A stretch of DNA of 62,672 nucleotides, filler included, from Perkinsus olseni (taxonomy: Eukaryota), in assembly GCA_013115125.1 (NCBI GenBank). It is 12 parts of 12 records of this genome, joined end to end, with 100 filler letters (N's around TTAATTAATTAA, not from the genome) between each part and the next. Parts side by side here need not be neighbours in the genome. Positions count along the whole stretch, not along the records: positions 21,109 to 26,271 come from JABANN010001213.1; positions 26,372 to 31,496 come from JABANN010001215.1; positions 31,597 to 36,720 come from JABANN010001216.1; positions 36,821 to 41,942 come from JABANN010001217.1; 8 more parts are not named here. One strand, written 5' to 3'. The first letter of the stretch is position 1. Each line of letters starts with the position of its first letter. Positions 23,650-36,892 of this stretch are shown here, piece after piece. The translations under genes were made by a program, and so were the position numbers. The notes below the pieces were generated by a model. It made no database searches and was not told where the DNA came from. It saw only the letters and a program-made list of their open reading frames with translations.

Positions 23650-25690
23650 ATGTTGGTTGAAACGGCTCCGTCGATCGCGCACGCCCAAGTGATCGATTAT
23701 CAGCGTAACTTCATTTGAGGTATTACTTTGTCTTTAGGGATATACCACCATCACCGCAGCAGGATTACTTAGTCAGCAGATGTCTTTACCGTCTACACCG
23801 AGCGGCCGGTCTCCCGAGCCCCTCTTGCCGCTGTCCACCGCAGCTTCTCCTCAACGACGACTCTCCTACGCCGCCCACCCGACTCATCGGTAGCATCTTT
23901 CCCGACCTTATCAACGAAGATTGCTTGTTGTTGTCAGGTATTCCCTGCGCATGTCTCCGCAGAGGAAGAAGTGGATTCATCAGCGTGTGGTCAGCTGCTA
24001 CCCCTGCGACAGCACCCAGTGTTGTCGACGCAAGAGAGCTCTCAACGCTGTCGGCTCTTCACTCTTGGTGAGCTCCGGACGCCCTCAGATTGGTCGTAGT
24101 GTTCATGTCAGGACTACACTTCCGCGGCGGCCTTTGCGGCGAGCTGGCAGCGCCTTCCACCCGGTGGTTTCGACGGTCGCTCCGGCCACGCCCTTACCGC
24201 ATGCTGGGATCAGAACACCGTCTTTCTCGCCGGCGGCCTCGACAGCATGTCTCGTTCCATGAGCGACGTGTGGGTTCACCACTTCAGGATCAACCTCGAC
24301 AAGCTGACCGTTTTTCGTGGCAGATACTGCAGCATTGACGGCGGTCGATCTTGGGAGTGCCGGGTGGCTTCGGCTGAGTGGTCCCCGCGTATGGGACACT
24401 GTATGATACCACTTCGTGACGACAGCGCTTTGATTCTTCTCGGTAACCTCCCTCCCCGCGCCCTCCTTTCTTTACTTTACTTTTTCAGGTGGTTGGGACC
24501 GTCACTTCAACTTCAAGAACGACGTGTGGAGGTCCTCTGACGGCGGTCGAACCTGGTCGGAAGTCGTCCCTGCCGAATCTTCCCGCTCGTTTCCTCCGCG
24601 CTGCAACTTCGCCTGTACTGTCCTGCGCACCGGCAGGTGAGAAGATGCTTGCCTTTCTCACCAGTCCACCGTTTCCTGCCTCAGGATTGTGGTTTGTGGA
24701 GGCCTTGGGACGAACAATGTCCATCTCAACGACGTGTGGTGTTCCGACGACTCCGGTCGCAGTTGGCGGCAACTGCATGAGTGTGCCCCATGGGAACCCC
24801 GATGGGCCATGGGTTTCACTACTATCGACAGTAGGACATCTTTGAGCGTATCTTTGCGTATCCTTCGCTGTGCGCAGGTGGCCGATCGATGATCATAGTC
24901 GGCGGAACTACCATGACCGGTTTCCTCGCTGATGTGTGGAGGTCGGACGACGGCGGAGCGACGTGGACTCCGGTAGGGTACACAGAATCGTCATTAGTGT
25001 CATGTGTCGTTTTCAGATTACCTTTGACGGAGACTTCGGTCCTCGTGGCGGAATGGCAGTCGTTCAACACAACCCAAGCGGCATGCTCGTTTTGTGCGGA
25101 GGAGAGATAACCTCTACGACCTCTCAAACTGGTAGGGATGTTCGCCATCATTCGAGTTGGACTTGTTGTTGTTGCAGGGCTCGGGGAGCCGAGCAGTGAC
25201 GTCGATCAGTGCAGTTCTGATGTGTGGGTCAGTCGTGACGAAGGGTACTCGTGGACGAAGGCGTCAGCGACTACCAGCGAGTCTTGCGGATGTAAGACTC
25301 GTTCTGATCATGCTGTTTTTATCAGCGTTCTTGTCAGGTCTTCCGCCGCTGGGCGTGTCTCAAGACGGCCTCCCGGAGACTATCCCTCGTCGTTGGCAAG
25401 CACGATGTTTAGTTCGTTGCGTTGCGCTCCACTCCGATCGTCTCCTGCTGGTCGGTGGTGAACTTCGCTCCGAAAAACGTGTAAATGATGCTTGGCTGTG
25501 CACCGGCGCCACTGACGCCGCCGCTGCTAACGATCAACACCAGTGGCTACTTCGATTGGGCGAGTACGTCTCGGGTGATCGCCCGCAGTCCGCCAAAAGA
25601 AGGCGGTCAAATTGCCGTACGGCTTTGCCGTGTCTACCCTTCCATCTATGGATGGGTAATATAATGCCGTTCATCATGGAAGATATATAA
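23650..25690 (+). CDS. BNR/Asp-box (sialidase/kelch-like beta-propeller) repeat protein, multi-exon (start approximate)
   Basis: Five SxDxGxxW boxes: SIDGGRSW, SSDGGRTW, SDDSGRSW, SDDGGATW, SRDEGYSW, separated by short introns. Confidence 0.75.
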
Positions 25691-28600
25691 CATCATCCGA
25701 TCACTGATTAGTGGATGTTGTCCATGCACCCTATAATTACCATTATTGATGATATTACCATTACAGCTCGTCGTCTGTGTCGACCGTCTGGTCGCAGCGG
25801 CGCTTCTGTTGGTTACGTGAACATTTACAAGTGTTTTGGTTTGCGATAGTCATTCATCAGGGAGGATGGGAAGTTGCACTCGGGTCACCCGAGTCGGGTG
25901 TGTGGATAATTGCAATCGCTCAGTGCTCCTTTGGTCGTTACCCAATGGATTCACTGAGCATAGAAGACGCGCACAGCGCCGTTACTGTTAAGGTTCGCGA
26001 GGTGCACCCGCAGCGTGATGTTATTACAAACCAATTTATCAAGGAAGGATGCCCAGGTTGAAGCGTTCAGCACTACTGTTGGAAATGGTTGAAGCAACTA
26101 AAACCTCACTCCTCCCTCATCGTGTTGATCCCGACTGTGCGACGATTGCCTACTGTCCTATTGTCCGGAGACGTCACCTTGTAGATGTGAAAATACGGTT
26201 TAATTGACCGGTCAATTTATTGGGCGAGTTTAAAGCGAGGCGCGCGCGATCGCGATTGGGAGGGAACATATNNNNNNNNNNNNNNNNNNNNNNNNNNNNN
26301 NNNNNNNNNNNNNNNTTAATTAATTAANNNNNNNNNNNNNNNNNNNNNNNNNNNNNNNNNNNNNNNNNNNNCGGGCTCTCGGCGTAGTGCCAAAGAAGGA
26401 AAAATAGCAAAGTACAGGAGAGACAAGCAGCGCGTAGTAGGGCATAACCCCGGGGATGAATAGATCTTGAAGAAAGCCGATTCATCGTGGACGAATACTC
26501 TCCTATGAAATGACGGAGGACCGAAGTCGCACCCAGAATATAGACAATACAGGCTAACAGTTCTAAGAGATTGCCGAGTCATGAAAGCAATGATTCTGGT
26601 AGCTTGGCACGTCGGAAGTACTCGCTTGGCGGGAATATCGTGAAGGGCGAGCACTCTAGATCACCGTAGAGGAGCTCCTGAGAGTGGTGTACTGTTGGAA
26701 GGAGGGCGGCAGGCGTACCATGCAGTGCTGCTGGATTGTACCATCATCGAGGTTGAGCTGCCAGAGGATATCATAGCGATCATCAGCCCACACTAGAGGT
26801 CGAGCATCTTCATACGAACGTTTGAGTCGAGAGATGAGGGCGAGGGCCACCGCGGGTATTCGATAATGTTCCCACACCAGTAGAGAGACGTCGCCAGCTA
26901 GGGCACGGTCCTGGAGGTACTCGACTAAGAAGGATTCATCGGTGTGCCTGGGCCACGGGTGAGGAGAAAGGGCAAGAGTCGAGGGCCGAACTTGAACTGT
27001 CTTGGCGGAGCAGAGGTGTGACGGATGATAGCCTGTGCTGTGTGTAGCTCTCGTCTGATCGGGTAGTCTTCAGAGGGCTGCTGGGCGACCACGACGTCTG
27101 AGAAGGCAGTCCCTTGGACACCGTAGAAACCGGCAAACTCCTAAACCGAACCCCTAAAGATTGGTATGCAAGATCAACATCACCGTAACCTAGCTAAAGC
27201 ACCCATCACGTGGTCTGTTGAGCCGTTCTTAGTGCTCGACACGGAGAAGCCGACGCCTACCTACCTATTGGGCGATACCTGGACGGGTTGTGCTGCGGAA
27301 AGAATGCGCCAGAAAGTGCTGCAGCCCTGATCTCGCCCCTGGATGAGAACAATCAATTCCAATCGACAGCTGACCGTCGCACTTCTCGCTCCACTAAACC
27401 TTACAGTATAACACCGAGACAACAACAGTCAGACAAAGGAAGACAATACAAGGCCGGAAGGTCTATTAGAAATTCTCTTCGGGCGGATGGAGTGACTCCA
27501 TTGCTCAGCCTCCGTTGGAGTCTGAGGTGGAAGGACTCCTTGCCAAGGAGTCCGAGAAGTCTGAGTAACAAAGGAGGGAGCGCCCCTACTGGACAATCAT
27601 TTCTCCTGCGGGAACGTTTAGGGCACGTCAATTTGAGTTAAATCTTTTGAAGCTCGGACCCTGGCTCGATTAGAAATGGCGGCGCCCGTAGTGTTTTCAT
27701 TGGGCGGGTTGAGGTCACCTAGGGGCACACCTTCTTTTCCTTATTGGTCTTTTAGATTGCTGAGCAGTGCTAAGTCAGCACTGCTGTAGGCCTTCGTCTC
27801 TGCCTGGCAGAGAATCACCGCTGCCACCAGTGAGCGGTCTCGACGTGTTATCCGATGGTTGCGCCGTGAGCGGTGAGGCCGCTAATTCTGAATTGGCTCA
27901 TCCATACGGATGTTATCCGTTGTGGATCACTACCATAACACGGCAAGATGAAGTTCATCAAATGAACCATCGTGCCGATGCGTGATGGCCACGCGGGGAA
28001 GATCGAAATTCGATCTTCGGTATTGATAGAAGATTCGCCAATTTCTTGTTGGACTCTAGCCGACTAATAGTCGGCGACTACTACTAACGGGCAGAACACG
28101 AAGCAAGCGATGGGCGGGAAGTTGACAATATCATGGTATGAATCGTTAATAACGATTCGTTATGGAAGTCCACCGCAGCGTGAACCGAATATGGCGTGCT
28201 GTTGGGAACAGCATGTTTCCTTGTGACACTACAGGAATCGTTCGTAGACCGTTATCCATGCAGTCGTAACACCAGAGCCGGAAGCCCTGATCATTACCTG
28301 ATCGGGAAGACCGACATGATGACCTGGGAGGTGTCTCGTATTGAATTACACAGTGTGGGATCGCGAGTAGTGTGGGGCGCGACAGTAAAGGATCCGCAGA
28401 GTCCAACGCAATCTCCGAAAGTCGTGGGTACATCTTGGCGAAACAAGCATCCATCTAAGGCAAAAGTTTCTACGGAGGCTCTAGTTCGTCCACCTACACT
28501 CCCAAATTGTGTTTCCAAGTCGGAAGTCATGCGAACATTCATCGGGAGAGATGCCTGGTTTTCGATACTTTCCGTTAGGCGACAGTCGTTCACTGCGGTC

Positions 28601-30096
28601 TGAGAACGACTCGGATGAATCGGATGCTCTTCCTGTTCTGAATTCCAATATGGACGGTTACCTGTATTGAAGCTGTCTCCCAACGGTAGAGGCAACAGTC
28701 CAATAGTATAACGAACAGAAACAGAGTTATGTTTTCTGGTAACCGCGTGAAATGCAGCAGAAGGGCCTTGAAACAAATACAAGTAGTGAAATCCGGCCAC
28801 TGTAGCAGCCGAAGTTCCGCTGCTGCACAGCGAAAGAACGTGAGATCTCCTACATCGCCGAGACTTGCTATAAATATCAAGCACATCGCTATCACATTTC
28901 TTCGACCGAGGATAGTAACATCAGAGGTTTTCTTAGTCGCTTGATGGATCGCTACGATGTAAAAAGTCGCAAAGTCAATGGTCCGAAATCCTTCCCAGAT
29001 CCACCAGAGTTTCGCGGATCTCAGTGCGGCCGTACCTGAAAAATACGTTGCAGTCAGTGAATGCGTACATCACTAACGATCCTACCATTCTCACAGAAAC
29101 TACATATATCCTGCTGTATAATTAGCAAGAGCCTCGAGGTCTACGGTGCCGGGCTCGACAGCTACAGTAGCTCGTCGATAGAGTGGCTTTCAGCGAATGA
29201 GGCATGGCAAACATTCCCTAAGTGGGCTCTTCTTGTCTCCCCAGCTTTGGCCTTAGCGGTGACCATCATGATGGATAGGAGGAGAGGTATCTACATTAAA
29301 TCGAAGTCATATTACAACCATCATAATGCCGCTATTTGTACAACATCGCTATACCCTACCTTGCTACTCAAATGCACTGTGAGATTGAACCCCAAGACGA
29401 GAGCCGAGGCATAGTTGAAGCAAGCATATGACAGCATAAGTGCGCCTTTGAGAAAGCTTCGCAACATGCCACTTCTTTCTTTGCCGGCGTCCAGCATGAA
29501 GATGTCGAGTCCTTCTTTAGTGAACCGACGGACAGGAAAATCTGAGGTATTCGAAGACCAATTACGAGTAGCAGTACAGTATACATTCGCAAGGCAGCGA
29601 TTGAGAGTATTCTGAAGAACGCTCTAACCTCTGTCTGTCCGTGATCTAAATGCCGATGCCCAATTAGATATGACCCAGTCCATGTAAACGAACGGTATAG
29701 CAGCGTCGCTTGAAGAGGTGGACATGTTAACCAGCTATTTGCACTGCTAATTTTGCAGTATGTATAACAGTATGACGCAACGTTCCCACATGCATACAAC
29801 GCGTTGCGTTCACGCACGCATCACTATAGCGTCAGTTACAAGTTGTTACTAACAACTCAAAACAAAACTTAAATAACAAATAAGGAGCAATGAGCGTAGA
29901 GACTCCAACTGACTTGAGAGGAGCTGAGAACGGAATTCGCCGCAGGAAGCTGAACAACCATCTTACTTCGATTGCCGTCCCGTTGAAAGATGATCAATCT
30001 CAACTTTTCAAGGACGATGGGCTTGGAGAAATGCTGGTGTCACGTCGCCTGATGAGCGCCAATCACCGTATCAGTGAGTAAAACTTATGCATGCAC

Positions 30097-30846
30097 TCAC
30101 TTGCCGTTTGCACATACCTGACCGTCACCCACGTGGTTACTCTCCCTCATCAGAGACTCTGGAGTTGGTTTTCCCACTTCATAATACATCTCTATGACAA
30201 CACCCAGTAGCTCATTCGCGTCAGAAGTAATGAACGGATGGCAATTCCGATCACAGAAGCGTCGGAATATACCAGAATTAGGGTTTGAAGGGGTGCACTG
30301 AAGACCACGACTATCACCGCCAGCTTGAAGGAAGTTGATAGCAAGTGGGTCATCAGAGTTCAAAGAGCATCTCTGAACTCCGAAAGATGTTAGACCATCA
30401 TAGATAGCAGACTGAGGCGTTACACTTCCCACTCGTACTATTTGCCTCCCAAGTTTATCTCGGCATAATCTGACATAGTGCGCCACCATAGCAATGCTAC
30501 ATGCCACTGTCATCTGACCAGCGACCAGTTTAGTCGAATCAATCATAACCCTGTCTGAGTTTATCAGCACAATTCCCACGTTGTGTTCCTTGTGGTATCT
30601 CATGAGCAAGCGTAGCTCATCAGTTCCTCCAGGAGCGACCATGCCAATTATTCTAATACCATCCTTCTCAAGATTATGCCTCCAATCACCGTCAACCCAT
30701 TTGAAATTGACACTGTCGCAAGAGGCCGCGAGACCTCCCTGATTGAACAAGGTTCTGATCGCTCCAATGTGCGGATGCTCTGGGATTCTCGAAGAGGGTT
30801 CATCCATCGCCGGGATGCGAAGAGGTTCGGAAGAGGTGCTGCCCAT
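30097..30846 (-). CDS. Hypothetical intronless ~249-aa protein
   Basis: Long ORF with globular alpha/beta-like composition; no family recognised. Confidence 0.5.
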   Translation of the reverse strand: MGSTSSEPLRIPAMDEPSSRIPEHPHIGAIRTLFNQGGLAASCDSVNFKWVDGDWRHNLEKDGIRIIGMVAPGGTDELRLLMRYHKEHNVGIVLINSDRVMIDSTKLVAGQMTVACSIAMVAHYVRLCRDKLGRQIVRVGSVTPQSAIYDGLTSFGVQRCSLNSDDPLAINFLQAGGDSRGLQCTPSNPNSGIFRRFCDRNCHPFITSDANELLGVVIEMYYEVGKPTPESLMRESNHVGDGQVCANGK

Positions 30847-32128
30847 TTGAAGACGCAATAACCTGATAAACGCCAATGCAGCTTTGAAGCCTTCAATCGG
30901 GAATTTTCGGGGCCCCTAGTCGAACGGAGAGACAGAGCAAAGAATGCCGGTGAAGAGGAGACGGGACTTAGAGGCAGAACACCATGTCTCGTCTCGTAGG
31001 GCGAACGAGGACTCGGGAGTTGGCTCAGCCAACTTGGCTGACCGGTCGCAACGTGTGCGGCTTTCGGTCCCAACGTATGCAACCTGATTGCTGCGTGCGC
31101 ATCTTTCTTACGTTCTTTCTTTTTCTCTGCTGAGTGTAAGTAAATGTCTACAAGTAAATGCCTTTTGTCGGCAAGTAACATGACTGCGTCGGCCGTTTCG
31201 GCTGATACTGAGCGCTGTATATTGGACCCTTGACTACTGGCCTTCTGGCCCACACCGCTATGACCGCGTTAATACTTAGGACTATATACCGGTCCAGTAT
31301 TACTGGATCACGTACTACTGGCCTCACGAGTCGTAATAGTCACTAGTTGTAACCACGAATCCCGCCAAGGCTGTCGGTTCGATCCCCACAGGCAGCCTTT
31401 TTAAAAATTGGCAGTGCATGTTAGTGCAAATCCTGCTCCGATGCACACGACCCACCCTAAACTCGTCGAACTCGACTCGTCCCGCCCTGCCGATGANNNN
31501 NNNNNNNNNNNNNNNNNNNNNNNNNNNNNNNNNNNNNNNNTTAATTAATTAANNNNNNNNNNNNNNNNNNNNNNNNNNNNNNNNNNNNNNNNNNNNAACG
31601 ATCCAATGTGACTCGACGCGTCACCGATACATAAGCCTGTACGGCACGACTAATACTCATTCTTCAACAGAACTATCAGGCTCATCTCGAGTGTGGGTCC
31701 TTCTTGATTTACAATGACTCTTTCTAGGGTCATTACACTTGCCGTGGCTCCATCAATAGCTGTGCTATGTTGAACGTTGCAAAGACCGTTTCACGGAGAA
31801 GATACGTTACACAGGGATCGCCAATTGCTCCTCCTCCTGGATCAGAGAAGGGTGTTATGGTCTTCTTACTCGTACATGTAACACGAGGCCGAAAGGGGCT
31901 AGTGAGATGGATCTTTATAACGATAGCTAACGCCCAGACTACTCTTCACGCATAAACGTAGACTGAGCGTAACAAGGGGGTGGCCAGGGCGAAGCAATGG
32001 TACAACCGAAACGAACGGTACTCCGACCTCGTGGGTCGCTCCATAACGATTCACGGATCCTCTGGAAAATGGAGAGAGTCGTCAATGGAAGATCGTCGCG
32101 GAAAGTTGGTTGTGGTTCTCGCAGAAAA

Positions 32129-32320
32129 CTACCAATTCGGCTTACAGATGCACCCAAGGGCTTCGAAAGAGAAGTCACAGATGTACCCGGGGAGGCATGT
32201 ACTGCAGGTTTGGGGGCAGGCAGAACTCCCGAGGGCACGCAGGTAGGCATCGCACTGCGGGAGACCAGATAGCATGCCGAACCAGATAACGGGGATCAGG
32301 GAGAGGTAGGTCTTAGCCAT
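32129..32320 (-). CDS. Small secreted 6-Cys peptide (copy 1)
   Basis: MAKTYLSLIPVIWFGMLSGLPQCDA-YLRALGSSACPQTCSTCLPGYICDFSFEALGCICKPNW; paralog at 33547-33742. Confidence 0.65.
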   Translation of the reverse strand: MAKTYLSLIPVIWFGMLSGLPQCDAYLRALGSSACPQTCSTCLPGYICDFSFEALGCICKPNW

Positions 32321-33546
32321 ATTAATGATAACCTGTAATGAACAGCCGTCAGCTCCGCTCAGTGCTGGGGACGCTAGCTGGAGACGCTAGCAGGAAATTG
32401 GTGTACGCGAGTCCATGAGCCGCTCATGGGCTCGCGTACACCAATTACCTATTAAACGCTGCGTTTATGTTGTTGTTGTTGTTGCTCGGTACGGCAGGGC
32501 TGGCTTTAAGGTCTCACGATAGCACCGTATCCAAGCTCTAAGCGTGCATCGGACAGAGTCGTCTATGTAGACTCGGTACACGGAAGTGGTAAGGCCTCGG
32601 GGCCGGGTGACACGTCTAGCTAGGCTAGTAGCCTGGTGTACGCGCGCACCGTCCATGCTAGCGCGGTCACCGCGCCCGTCCGGGCCTCAAACAGGGGTGA
32701 TCGATTATACAAATTAGCCCGGTGGCCGTCACTTGACCGTTTCATGTTATACACCACTCAGTCTCGGTGTTAGTGAATGATCGTCCACTCTGGTCTGTTA
32801 CACTTGAGCAACCACCTGACTACTCTCTCATAAGCAGCTTCTAGTGGATTCTCTCACAGACACTCTCGCGATGATTCGTGCTGCCAGCACGGTGTTGGTG
32901 TTCCTGGGAGTAGCAGTACTAGAGAATGGCAATACGACTGTGATCGTATTGCGATCAAACAGCGGTCGGTGAGGAAATCCTCTGCATACACTCAGACTGT
33001 GACAGCAGCAGAGTATTCGCTCTGTTCGTGGTGGCCCTCCAACGGAGAGGATAACAAGCCTTCATCTCTGCGCGGGGCACTTGTTCTGTAATTGCCACAG
33101 CCGCATTTCCTCTCCCTTTGACCCCCGGCTTTCGGGTTGCCCCGGACACTAGCGGCTAGTGACTAGCCCAATCCTGTGCAGCAGCCATCGGGCTCCGGGA
33201 GTTTGGGTTTGTTTTTCGGCCTCGCAAGGACGGTTCAATCGTCGGCAATGCTGGAGGGGACAGATCAAGGGTCATCATTAACCACCACTGAGCGCAAGGG
33301 AATGATGATACTGCTACAGAGACTGACTTTGACTAAAAACAGCAAAGGATTGTCTTCGGCGGCTCCACTCAGTGCCTCACAGTGGACCTGGTGGAGGCCA
33401 TGGAAACGGTGGGCGAGGATGATAATGATAATTGCTGCTTGTGGAGCACTCGCGCCTGTTGAGACCTTCCGATGGAGGGGCTCCTCTAGAGAATGGAGGA
33501 AAACGTCAACGGAAGAATCGCGGCCACGGCGTTGTGGCTCGCATGG

Positions 33547-33742
33547 CTACCGCTCATCTTCGCAGATGCATTTGAAGATTTCGAGATCAAACGCACATTC
33601 GTACTTGAGGGGGCATTTACTGCAGGTGCCGGGACAGAGAGATCTTCCGAGGGCACGGAGTCGGGCATCACACTGTGGGAGGCCGGCCAGATAGCAGGGC
33701 GAACCAGATAATAGTGGCAAGGGAGAGGTAGGTCTTAACCAT
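33547..33742 (-). pseudogene. Small secreted 6-Cys peptide (copy 2), frameshifted
   Basis: MVKTYLSLATIIWFALLSG, then a 4-bp GGCC duplication (33681-33688) shifts the frame away from LPQCDARLRALGRSLCPGTCSKCPLKYECAFDLEIFKCICEDER. Confidence 0.65.
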
Positions 33743-36700
33743 ATTAATAATAACCTGTAATGGATAGTCGACAGGAGCCCCACTCATCTCTCACAGGACT
33801 GAACTTTTTATCAGCTGGGAAGGCGAACTTTATGTAAGCAGCGCCTCGCAGGTGGGAAACCACGCTTAAGTGACGGACCATGATAAACCCAAGCGATCTG
33901 AACGGCTCAGACAGCATGCGTGTTGTTGCTGATGTGAAGCTCTCGGGTAGATGAGCTACTCTATAGTATTTGATATCATTGTCGCCTGACGTACAATGGT
34001 AGCCCACTGCAGCGGCTTGGACGAGTACATACCTGAGTTGAACACGAGTACATGTGCACTATAACTCAGTACAGTGTGGCTATTTGAGACGGGGCTCAAA
34101 GCGTGGTAACTTACCGCAGGTAAGATGGACTAGATGGCAGCTAAGCAATAATGTGGTTTACAGCTTACTACGCTAGCTTAGTGTAGCACGTATACTCCTG
34201 CACGCGAGTGCAGGGCGCGTAGTGAACTCAGATGGTTGTCTGATGCTAATGATACGCAGTTGCAGTAAAGGTGAGTGTAGCGATGATAGTCTGACAGCTG
34301 AGTAGTATTGAACCAGACTGTAGCTGTTACATAGCGCATACTATAGTCGTCACTATGTTGTCACTAGAGTGCAAACCTTAGATAGCTCAGTGGCCGTGCC
34401 TATCCTATCCTATTTAGTTTGGGGCTGCTCTCACTTCTTCCTGGTCATCATCACTCTCACCTCATCGCCCGACCTCGTTAGTAGCCTACCACCACATATC
34501 GTCCGCTCGCGATACCACTACACAATTGGACACCGGAGCTGCTTTGGTATACGCACAGACCGTTAGTGCCAGCTCTACCAGCGCCATCGGGATTCGTCAG
34601 TCAGCGTCCCCTCGAGCTTCCTTCGAGTAGAGCCGTCTCGAACGGCTTCCGCCAGAGTCATCGATTCGTCTCCGATGAGGCGGATTTTAGACTTTGCGGG
34701 TATGACTCTCTTCTTCAGTCGGTGATACAAATTTGTAAAGCAGCAGAACTGTCGACGTAAAGGGGGAGGAAACTCGTTCAGCGGCACCGCCTCTCAGGCA
34801 GCATGCACTACGAGTGATGAGTTTCCAGTGTTGCAACCCTGAACCTTACATCAACATTTACAGTAACAGCAAGAGTACGGTAGCGGGCCACCGTGATAGT
34901 AGCTCCAACTGCATCCTCCGATATAAAAACCTGCTCTTAAATACCGATTTTGGTTGCCATTCATCGCATGTGGACCATCGCATGATGCGATTCGCATCCG
35001 TCCCGTTAGCTTCCCGCGAGGCAGTTGTAAGTTAGATCATCAGTGACTCCTGGCCGCCGGCTTCAACCCACCTCCCGATAGAAGTAAAGTACACGGAGCA
35101 CGTAGACATAGAAGAGGGCGAGCGGAGGTGTGTGGAAACCAGTGTGGCTCGACGGATATCAGAGGGCGAGCGAAGGGTCCCTGAGCTCGTCGACGAAATT
35201 CCACCGGCCGAAGGCTCATCCCCTCCTGCAATGCGAACCCTGCTCATCCTTGCGGTTACGCTGGCACTCACTGTGCATACCGTTGGAGCCTTAGAGACGT
35301 GGAAATCAGCGAAGGCGCTCCTTAAAACTAAGAAAAGTGAAATTTGGAAGTCGATTAAAGTATGGTAGCAGCCGATGTACGGCCGCGGAGCTCTGCCACG
35401 CTGATGGCAGGGGACTCGGAGCAAGACTAGGGGCGAACTCGAAGGTGCTGAGGGAGAAGGCAGCCAAACCCAGCCACGGGAAGAGGAGGGGACAGCTACT
35501 TCCGTCTTCCCATCAAGAATGGTGGTAGGAGCGGCAAGTGTCACGACTTGGTGGCACCGTCTATTTTTCCTAGGGCTTCTGCGCTCTCGCTTACACCTGC
35601 CCGCTGGGCTCTGAGAACCGGGACTTGGTAGGCCGTGAACGACCCGGCTACGTCGCAGGATGTGCTTCAGGGGGGCATCGTCGCGTATGCTAAGGAGCTT
35701 GCTTACGGCGAAGGCGCTTCTCCGGTTGAATACGCCCTGGACTACCTCTACTTTTGGGATAGTGTGTAAGAGCATGGGCACGCCTTCGCTAGAAGCTTTT
35801 TAGAGGGGCGCGCAGTGTCGCTAGTAGCGCTTTTAAACCTAATTTATGAACTGAAAAACAGACCCCTAGCCAGAAGCGCACAAACGTCTGTACATGATGT
35901 TTGTGGATTTCCTCTACTTCTGGGATGACTAGTTAGGATGGTAGCAGGCTCTCCGATCGGTGTATCCCTCAGGCACCACAGCAAAGACATGAGCCGCATG
36001 AATGTGCTTCTTGACCTCTCTGATATTATACCGCATGAGCAAGCTAAGATTCCAAAAGATACGTGCCATGAACAAATGGAAAATTGGGCTGCGAAGGGGC
36101 TACAGCGGGTTAAGCAGGAAGGGAGCAAGCCTTCTTCTGAGTATCTAGAAAACGAGCGGCTCTCTCCGCGGAAACCGACTGGACTTATTGAGCACATCGC
36201 TACGCTAGAGGGGGAGGCCGCGAGGGGTTATTACGAGGGAAAAACAGCCGCGGGGTTCCTTTGGGGCTTCGTGCATGATAAGTTGAATGCGCAGAGGAAG
36301 GAAGGCGAACTCTTCCTGTGTCCAGCCGTCGCTGCGGTAGGGCCGCATTCGGGGAAGCGTCTAAGAAACATATCTGCCTTCAGAATGTTGGAAGCGACAG
36401 CGTGACGATCACTCTTGGAGCGAAGGGATCGGGAGAGTTGAAAATACACGAAATAGAGATCATTGGGTCTAGGTGAGAATGGCGTCTCCAGCAGGGAGAC
36501 GAATCAGCGAATCTGGGGACTGAGATCGGACAGCTTTACTCTTGGTTAGGGTGTGGAAGTGGGGCGACGTGCATGGCAACAACGTGGACATGCTCCACAG
36601 GATTGAGGAGAGCGCTTCTCGCGTGAAGGGACCTCGAGGCGTGGAGACAGGGTTGTCGAAAGCTGAAATTCCTGAAATTTCAGCTTGCGGAAATTTCCGA

Positions 36701-36820
36701 AATTTCGGAAATGAAAAATGNNNNNNNNNNNNNNNNNNNNNNNNNNNNNNNNNNNNNNNNNNNNTTAATTAATTAANNNNNNNNNNNNNNNNNNNNNNNN
36801 NNNNNNNNNNNNNNNNNNNN

Positions 36821-36892
<72 letters not shown>
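36821..36892. repeat. (TGT)n microsatellite; this contig is also rich in (CAT/GAT)n tracts
   Basis: Direct inspection. Confidence 0.95.

Noticed and set aside
26372-27140. Gag-like retroelement remnant
   Set aside because: Fragmented frames with no diagnostic motif I could verify
34356-34770. Possible LTR with TGG primer-binding site and purine tract
   Set aside because: No TSD, no second LTR and no recognisable retroelement coding motif
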